Below are positions 57,020-64,000 of a DNA stretch of 64,000 bases, piece after piece; position 1 is the first letter of the stretch; each line of letters starts with the position of its first letter. Made by a program: the position numbers and the translations under genes. The stretch comes from Squalus acanthias (lineage: Eukaryota), in NCBI GenBank assembly GCA_030390025.1, contig CM059431.1:134604001-134668000 (forward strand), written 5' to 3'. A model generated the notes under the pieces. That model did not search any database and was not told the DNA's origin. It saw only the letters and a program-made list of their open reading frames with translations.

Positions 57020-58560
57020 GCCGGGGTGGGGGAGTGAGGAGGGGGGAGGGGGGTGGGTAGGGGGAGCGGGAGGGGGTGGGGGAGTGGGGTGGGGAGGGGG
57101 AGTGGGGTGGGGGAGGGGGAGAGGGGTGGGGAGGCGGAGTGGGGTGGGGGAGTGGGGAGGGCGGTGGGGGAGGGGGTGTGGGATGGGGAGGGGGAGGGGG
57201 GGTGGGGGTGGGGAGGGGGAGTGGGGAGGGGAGGGGGTGGGGGAGGGGCAGTGGGGAGGGGGTGGGAGAGTGGGGAGGGGTTGGGGGAGTGGGGAGGGGG
57301 TGGGCGGTGGGGGAGGGGGAGTGGGGAGGGGGTGGGGGAGGGGGAGTGGGGAGGGGGAGGGGGAGTGGGGTGGGGTGGGGGAGGGGGAGTGGGGTGGGGG
57401 AGTGGGGATTGGGGAGGGGGTGGGGGGAGGGGGAGTGGGAGTTGGGGACGGGGTGGGGGAGTGGGGAGGGGGAGTGGGAGGGGGTGGGGGAGTGGGGTGG
57501 GGAGGGGGCAGGGGGGAGTGGGGAGGGGGAAGGGGGTGGGGGAGTGGGGTTGGGGAGTGGGGAGGGGGTGGGGGAGTGGGGAGGGGTTGGGGGAGGGGGT
57601 GGGCGGTGGGGGAGGGGAGTGGGGAGTGGGGAGGGGGTGTGGGGAGGCGGTGGGGGGAGGGGGAGGGGGGGTGGGGGAGTGGGGAGGGGAGGGGGCTGGG
57701 GAGGGGGGAGTGGGGATTGGAGGGGGAGGGGGAGTGGGAAGGGGGTAGGGGGAGTGGGGAGGGGGTGGGGAGGGGGAGGGGGAGGGCGGAGTGGGGTGGG
57801 GAGGGGGTGGGGGAGGGGGAGTGGAGAGGGGGAGTGGGGGTGTGGGGAGGGGGTGGGGGAGGGGGAGGGGGAGGGCGGAGTGGGGTGGGGGAGTGGGGAG
57901 GGGGTGGGGGGAGGGGGAGTGGGGTGGGGCAGTGGGGAGGAGGTGGGGGGTGGGGGAGTGGAGAGGGGGAGTGGGCATGCGGGTGGGGGGAGGGGGAGTG
58001 GGGAGGGGGTGGGGGGAGGGGGAGTGGGGAGGGGGTGGGGGGAGGGGGAGTGGGGAGGGGGTGGGGGGAAGGGGAGGGGGAGTGGAGTGGGGGAGTGGGG
58101 AGGGGGCTTGGGTGGGGGGAGTGGGGTGTGGGGAGGGGGAGTGGGTGGGGGAGTGGGGAGGGGGTGGGGGAGTGGGGTGGGGGGCTGGGGGAGGGGGAGT
58201 GGGGTGGGGGAGGGGGAGGGGGAGTGGGTGGGGGGAGTGGGGAGGGGGGTAGGGGAGGGGGAGTGGGGAGGGGGTGGGGGGATGGGGTGGGGAGGGGGAG
58301 TGGGGGAGAGTGTGGGGAGGGGGAGTGGGTGGGGGGAGGGGGAGTGGGGGAGGGGGAGTGGGTGGGGGGAGGGGGAGTGGGGTGGGGGGGAGGGGGATGG
58401 GGGTGGGGGTGGGGGGAGGGGGAGTGGGGAGCTGGTGGGGGAGTGGGAGGGGGAGTGGGGGGGTGGGGAGGGGGGTGGGGGAGTGGGAGGGGGAGGGGGG
58501 TGGGGGAGGGGGAGTGGGGTGGGGGAGGGGGGAGGGGGTGGGGAGTGGGGAGGGGGGTGG
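57020..58560. repeat. G-rich low-complexity tract (GGGGAGT/GGGGGA/GGGGT units), G-quadruplex-prone
   Basis: Very many G3-G7 runs separated by 1-3 nt; almost no C on +. Confidence 0.95.
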
Positions 58561-58757
58561 AATTGCGTGGGCGAAATCTGGAAGTCAACGCAGCGGGTTG
58601 GAATCTGTGATATCAACTCAATTGAACCAATTTGTTTTGACTTCCGGCTTTCGCGTCTCCGAGCTGCGCAATGGGCATGATGCGCACCCGCATGACGCAA
58701 TCTCAGCTGTATTTAAAGGGACAGTGCACATGTGGAAATTGGAGGTATTCAGGATGG

Positions 58758-59841
58758 ATAGATGCATATAGAGCAAGGGCAGCACCAAGATTCAATGACA
58801 CATCACTGGAATTACTGCTGGGTGCAGTCAGGAGCAGGAGGGACATACTTTTTTCCAGCAATGGGAGGAAGAAACCTGCGGCTCTCATGAAGAAGGCATG
58901 ATTCGAGGTAGCTGAGGAGGTGAGCAACAGGATCGTTGTGCCCAGGTCTTGGATGCAATGTAGGAAGTGGTTTAATAACCTAACCAGGTCAGAAAACATG
59001 ATTACATTTGCTGATTCAGCTCACATCCTGTGGTTTAAGCAATCGTCTCCATTCACTCTGTCTTGCCAAGTACACTCCATCACATCATTCCTCACACCCA
59101 CTCAACTTTTAGAAGCATGTAGCATTCACTTTCTATGCACTTCATCACCTCCCCATTTATCCATCCACTGTTACCACTCACCCCAATCCTTATGCAATGC
59201 GATGCATCTGTCTCATAGTCACCCTCACCGAATGCACTGCATCCATCGGGTGAATACCTCACCTTCACTCACTCCCACGTCTGTTTTGTTGCTCCTTGTA
59301 GGAGAAGAGAGTGCAAAACGCAAGGGAGAGGGAGAGAACTAGAGGTGGGCAGCCACAAGTAGCCCAAGCTTCAAGCACAGCTGTCAAATGAGTCTGTGCA
59401 GGCCATGACCATGGCCTTGCAGGAGATGTCTGCTGCCTTAAACAGGATGACAGATATTGTATTCGTGGCCTTACAGCGCGTCACTATCTCCACCAAGCTG
59501 GTCTGCAGCAGCATGGTAGGAATGATGTCCCAGGAGATCATGATGAAAGGGGACATGGAAGTGGGAACTCCACTCAAAGCGCTCCCACTTCTCATCCATT
59601 GCCCCTCCCCACCTCAGCCAGTGCCCGACATGCTACCTCAAACTCCCAACGGCCAAATCTGCCCCTGCACAGGTGCAGGTCTTTGGCAGGGCCCTCAGGT
59701 GCTCCAAAACCCAGAGGGTGTAAGCCAAAAGCATCTCAGCAGTCAGGGCAGGGATCTGAGCAGCCTGCCTCTACCTCTGCTGAAGCAACATGGGATGCAC
59801 TGCGTAGAAGCGGTAGGAAGTGTAAGTTCAAGAAATTGTAA
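58758..59841 (+). pseudogene. Myb/SANT-like partner pseudogene, internally deleted
   Basis: RARAAPRFNDTSLELLLGAV..A*FEVAEEV..RSWMQCRKWFNNL; ends PKPRGCKPK..RRSGRKCKFKKL*. Confidence 0.85.
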
Positions 59842-60183
59842 TTCACCAAGGGTATGCACATGGATGTTTGACAAAATGTTATGTTGTTAAGTTCCATTTT
59901 GTTATAACGCCAAATAAAATGTATTGATTAGCACCACTTCCACATCTTGCCTATTATTGCAGCCCAAGGCCCAACTCGCCCTTTCACTTGTTTCATGATA
60001 AATGTCAATTCATGATGGGAGCCAAGGAAACTAATATTGAATCAGGGACAGGGACTCAATAAAAATTGACCCATTGGGCGGATGTACAATGGGTGGATGA
60101 GTTGTTGAAGGACTGTTTAATACAAAGGGAAAGTTGCAGGCGAGTGGTCCTGGTGGTGGGAGCAGACCGCTGGATTTCATTTC

Positions 60184-61200
60184 TTATGTTTTACACAAGG
60201 TAAACCTTCGTGATATTAGGGCATCTCTGGCAACAATGTAAATGGCTGGTCTGTCAATGGGTGCCCCATGTTCATCCTCCTCCTCTATGTTCTCCTCATC
60301 CGAAGATGAGTAATGAGCCCCTTCGTCCTCCTCAACCTGCAATCCCCTCTGCTGCGCAATGTTGTGCAGGATGCAGCACATCACTATTATTCTGGAGACG
60401 TTTCTGGCGAGTACTGAAAGGCGCCTCCAGATCTATCTAGGCACCTGAAGTGCTTGCTCTGTGACACACCTGGTGGTCATGTGGCTCTTGTTGTAGTGCT
60501 CCTGTGCTTCATTGGTGGGGTTCCTCACAGGTGTCATGAGCCAAGTTTGAAGGGGGCATCCTTTGTCTCCTCAGAGCCAGCCCTTAACTCTGCTTCCTGG
60601 AACGAAAAGGTCTAGAATGTTGGACTGCTGCAGCATGAACGCATCATGACAGCTCCCAGGGAATCTGGCGCACACCTGCATGAACCTCTTCTTGTGGTTG
60701 CACACCAGCTATGCATTGATGGACAAATATCCCTTGCGGTTTATGATAACTCCTGGTTGCTGTGGCAGTGCTTGGATTGCCATGTGTGTGCAGTTGATGG
60801 CACCCTGTACCTGTGGGAATCCAGCCAAAGAGGCGAATCTGAGTGCCCGCTTATTCTGGCTATTGTCATCACAGGGGAAATTTACGTAATACTGGCCCTG
60901 GCAAACAATCCATCTGTCACCTGCCTTATGCATTTATGTGCAGCTGACTGAGAGATCCTGGATATGTCTCTGGTAGCACCCGGGAAGGATCTGGAGGCAA
61001 AAATGTTGAGGGCAGTGGTCACTTTCACAGCCACTGGTAATGCTTGGCACCAGGTCCAGCAGGGAGCAGGTCTTCCTCTAGGAGGCTGCAGATGTCTGCC
61101 ACCACCTGATGTGACAAGCACAGCTTACGGAAGCACTCCTCTTCTGTTGTGCTGTCAAACACATCCAACATGCCTCCCATCCTGATCTTGTCAGTTTGAA
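60184..61200 (-). pseudogene. HARBI1-like transposase pseudogene
   Basis: LPVAVKVTTALNIFAS, AGFPQVQGAINCTH, NRKGY, FPGSCHDA, WLMTP, CCILHNIAQQRG. Confidence 0.9.
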
Positions 61201-61724
61201 AGCTTCCAATATTGAAAAAATTTGCATCCACACAAGAACTCTCTGCCAAATGTTTGCCAGTAGGAACTGAGGCACCAGCTGCAATAAGTGAGCTTTTATT
61301 CAGATGGGGCAATGACAAATTTAAATACCTATCTGAAGTGCGGCTCGAACTCGCCTGTGTTTTACTGGTCAGATCGAGCTCCATAAACCCATGCTGCACA
61401 TGTTAAATTTACAGTGAAGTTAAAATCAATTCACAAAGATCTCATTAATGTCCCCCAAGCACATTAACCTGCCCACCTGCAATAATTAAATCCCTGTCTT
61501 CGGCGAGTACGTTTCTCACTGACATCCAAACATGCCTCCGTTAAACCCGGAAGTGGGCGCATTGGAGCCGGGTTGCCGCCCCGACTGAGAATTCATTAAC
61601 TGTAACACCCCACCCGCCCCCAATCCACCCATTCTTGGGGGTTAAAATTCCCTCCCTTATGTCTGCACGCACTTGCCATCACCTTTCTCCACTATAAATT
61701 GCTACCTCTATATTTATACAACAA

Positions 61725-62140
61725 CCGTCATTCATATAGCATCTTTAACGTGGAAAAATATAATCAGACAGAAATGGAACCCGAGCTTTGGGAGGTTATA
61801 GAGCTGGAGAAGGTTACAGAGAAATATACTATGAAGAGATTGAAACATGAAACTGAGAATTTTCAATTGGAGGTGTTGGGGGATGGGAGCCAATGCAGCT
61901 CAGCAAGGACAGAGTTGTTGGGTGAGTGGAACTTAGTGTGGGATAGGATAGGGGCAGCAGTATTTTGGGCCAGCTGAAAATTTTGGAGGATGGATAATGG
62001 AAGGCCAGGAGATACCTGTCTCAGCCCATCTGCTGCTGAAAGCTTCATCCATACCCTTGTCACCTCCAGACTCGACTATTCCAATGCTCTCCTGCCCAAA
62101 CATTTTTCTGTGTTAAAGGTGCTATAAATGTAAGTTGTTA
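61725..62140. mobile_element. L2 LINE fragments in both orientations
   Basis: LAQNTAAPIL..ELHWLP on -; IHTLVTSRLDYSNALL and AAGGTGCTATAAATGTAAGTTG tail on +. Confidence 0.7.
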
Positions 62141-62609
62141 TACAATGGAGGAATGGGAAAGAATTGGGTCAGGGCAATTTCATGCAAAAAAAGAGTTAAG
62201 AGGTACCCTGACATGGGAAAGCTCCATGTCAGAGTACATTTAAGCACAAAGGGGTAGAAATTAGGTCGCGCCCCATTTGGGGCGCAAATATCGTCCGGAC
62301 GCAAATATTAGCGCCTGGCGCTAATTATTGGCACTGACAGGAAACTTCACTTTTACCGCCCCGGGAGGTGAGTGGAGCGCTAAAGCAGGCGCTGCACACC
62401 TGTCTTAAGGCGCAAAGGCCAAGGAGTGAGGCGCTAACTCAGCGCGCGAGCGCAGCGCAGCTGCTGCCAGTTAGTGAGGGAACACAGACACACTGGCGCC
62501 GGACACTTCTTAAAGCGGGGGGGGGCCACTTGCTCCCCAGCCACACCCTGCTCATTGCAGCCTTGAATCTCAGCCTGGAGAGACTTGTGAATCCATTTTG
62601 CTGCCAAGC

Positions 62610-64000
62610 ATGGAGAGGGTGAGAGAACGCGCTCATCGCTTCACCGAGCGGGCCTTGGATGCTCTGGTTGGCGCAGTGGAGCGCAGACGATGTATGCTGT
62701 TCCCTGAGAGTGGCAGGAGGCCTTTGCCACGCGAGTTCAGAAGAGTGTGGAGGGAGGTGGCTCAGAGCGTCTCCTCCAGGAGCATGGTGCCCAGGACCCA
62801 TACTCAATGCCGCAAAAAGTTCAACGACCTCACTCGGGTCGTCAGGGTGAGTGGCTTTTTCTCAATACCTCTCCATCCCTCCATCTCAACCTCACTCTAT
62901 GGCCAGAGGGTCTTAAAACCCCAATGCACAACACTCATCCAACACCTATGGCCCTTTCATCAAACACACACACACATTCCACACTTTGCATACAGTAAGG
63001 GCTATTCACCTATGGGAGGCACATCAGGCAAGACCATGGCTGCATACAGTAAGGGCTATTCACCTATGGGAGGCACATCAGGCAAGACCATGGCTGTATA
63101 CAGTAAGGGCTATTCACCTATGGGAGGCACATCAGGCAAGACCATGGCTGTATATTTACTCAGATGCTGTCCTTTTTCTTGCAGGCCAAGCTGGCGCATA
63201 ATCGGAGACAGCAGCAACGGACAGGTGGAGCGCGGCCTCAGCTGCAACCCCTCAGCGATCTTGAGGAGCGCGTCCACAGGATTGTGGCAAGCCGGGTGAT
63301 CGGTCCCGTCACCACTGGAGACGCCGACCCCGTTGTGGACAGCAATGGTAAGGTCATCACCTTTTTGTCCTCTGTCCTTCCACTTGTCCCTCACAATACC
63401 AGCCTTTGACACTTTCAATCCAACTTGCTAACTCGCTGCACTTATTCCTCCCTTACTGCCACCCTGTCCTCACGCTAAAGCCACTCTTGTACCTCCCTGC
63501 TTTCAGATGGTGATTCACCAGCTGAGGAGACGGGCCCTGAAGCTGCCACTGGGAGTGATGCTGCAGCTGAGGAGGAAGAGGAAGCCAGAGCATCAGTGCC
63601 ACCCTCTCCCGAGGAAGCCCATGCCCACACTGGGAACACGCCTTCCCCGGAGGGGAGCAGGGGGGAAGGGGCTGATGATGGTGAAGCTCCAGGACCCAGC
63701 GGGCTGCAGCAACGCCATGGGGGGGGTAAGGAAGAACGGGGGCCTTCTCCCCAGAGGGAGAGTATGCCAGACACTCCTACTGCAATGGACGCAGAGGAGG
63801 AGCGGCTGATTGCAGAAATGAACACCCAGGCACACTGAGCTCATGGGTGCAGTGGGAAGGGTGCCCGAATGCATTGAGTCACTGGCAAGGAGTGTGGAGC
63901 ACTTCGCTGTAGCACAGGCGGATGCCACACTAACGCTTAGTGCTGCAATTCAGTCACTGGCTGCCAGGAACCCATCTGAGCCTGCTCTCATGCAGACTCA
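62610..64000 (+). CDS. Nearly intact spliced Myb/SANT-like gene: exons 62610-62846, 63185-63347, 63507-(>64000); single frameshift near 63820-63832
   Basis: MERVRERAHRFTERALDALVGAV..VWREVAQSV..RTHTQCRKKFNDLTR; canonical GT-AG sites with matching phases (0 then 1). Confidence 0.85.
62988..63154. repeat. 54-bp tandem repeat x3 in Myb intron 1
   Basis: GYATACAGTAAGGGCTATTCACCTATGGGAGGCACATCAGGCAAGACCATGGCT x3, nearly identical. Confidence 0.95.

Larger units (their letters stand above)
56988..61655. mobile_element. Decayed PIF/Harbinger transposon (copy D) with a 1.5-kb G-tract
   Basis: Ends GGCCCTGATATTAA and TTAAAATTCCTCCC, the same asymmetric pair as the MITE at 10342; flanks TTT/TTA; convergent genes. 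Confidence 0.85.
62251..64000. mobile_element. PIF/Harbinger transposon (copy E), left part; continues beyond the window
   Basis: Left TIR-like GGGGTAGAAATT, CpG-rich subterminal region, Myb gene. Confidence 0.8.

Noticed and set aside
56915..58771. Pro-rich and Gly-rich ORFs of about 500 aa
   Set aside because: Artefacts of the G-tract low complexity.
33700..64000. Next upstream UGGT2 exon (expected ..DFSTFFFLDSQDKSAVIA..-like)
   Set aside because: Not found by eye in the unique segments. It probably lies beyond the window, though I may have missed it.

Overview
Eukaryotic, repeat-dense intronic DNA, most likely from a cartilaginous fish (inferred from the repeat families). No prokaryotic features or CRISPR arrays are present. 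The only host coding sequence I can support is three consecutive in-frame minus-strand exons of UGGT2 (UDP-glucose:glycoprotein glucosyltransferase 2) at 33699-33605, 15594-15388 and 7743-7612, separated by introns of about 18 kb and 7.6 kb. The remainder is mostly transposable elements. These include five coding PIF/Harbinger copies, all in the same orientation (spliced Myb/SANT gene on +, HARBI1-like DDE transposase on -), about a dozen Harbinger-type MITEs with GG...CC termini and 3-bp TSDs, many CR1 LINEs (one near full length), an L2, tRNA-derived SINEs and Penelope-like fragments. Most notable observations: (1) a conserved AT-hook plus basic tail in the Harbinger Myb partner proteins; (2) minimal hammerhead-ribozyme folds in the Penelope termini, sense to the UGGT2 pre-mRNA; (3) a tRNA-Val/CR1 chimeric retrocopy with SINE architecture; (4) kilobase G-rich and C-rich repeat expansions arising inside Harbinger-family elements; (5) a tRNA-Asn-type PBS at the window start. 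Family names come from motif recognition and recall, not database searches. Boundaries of old fragments are approximate.
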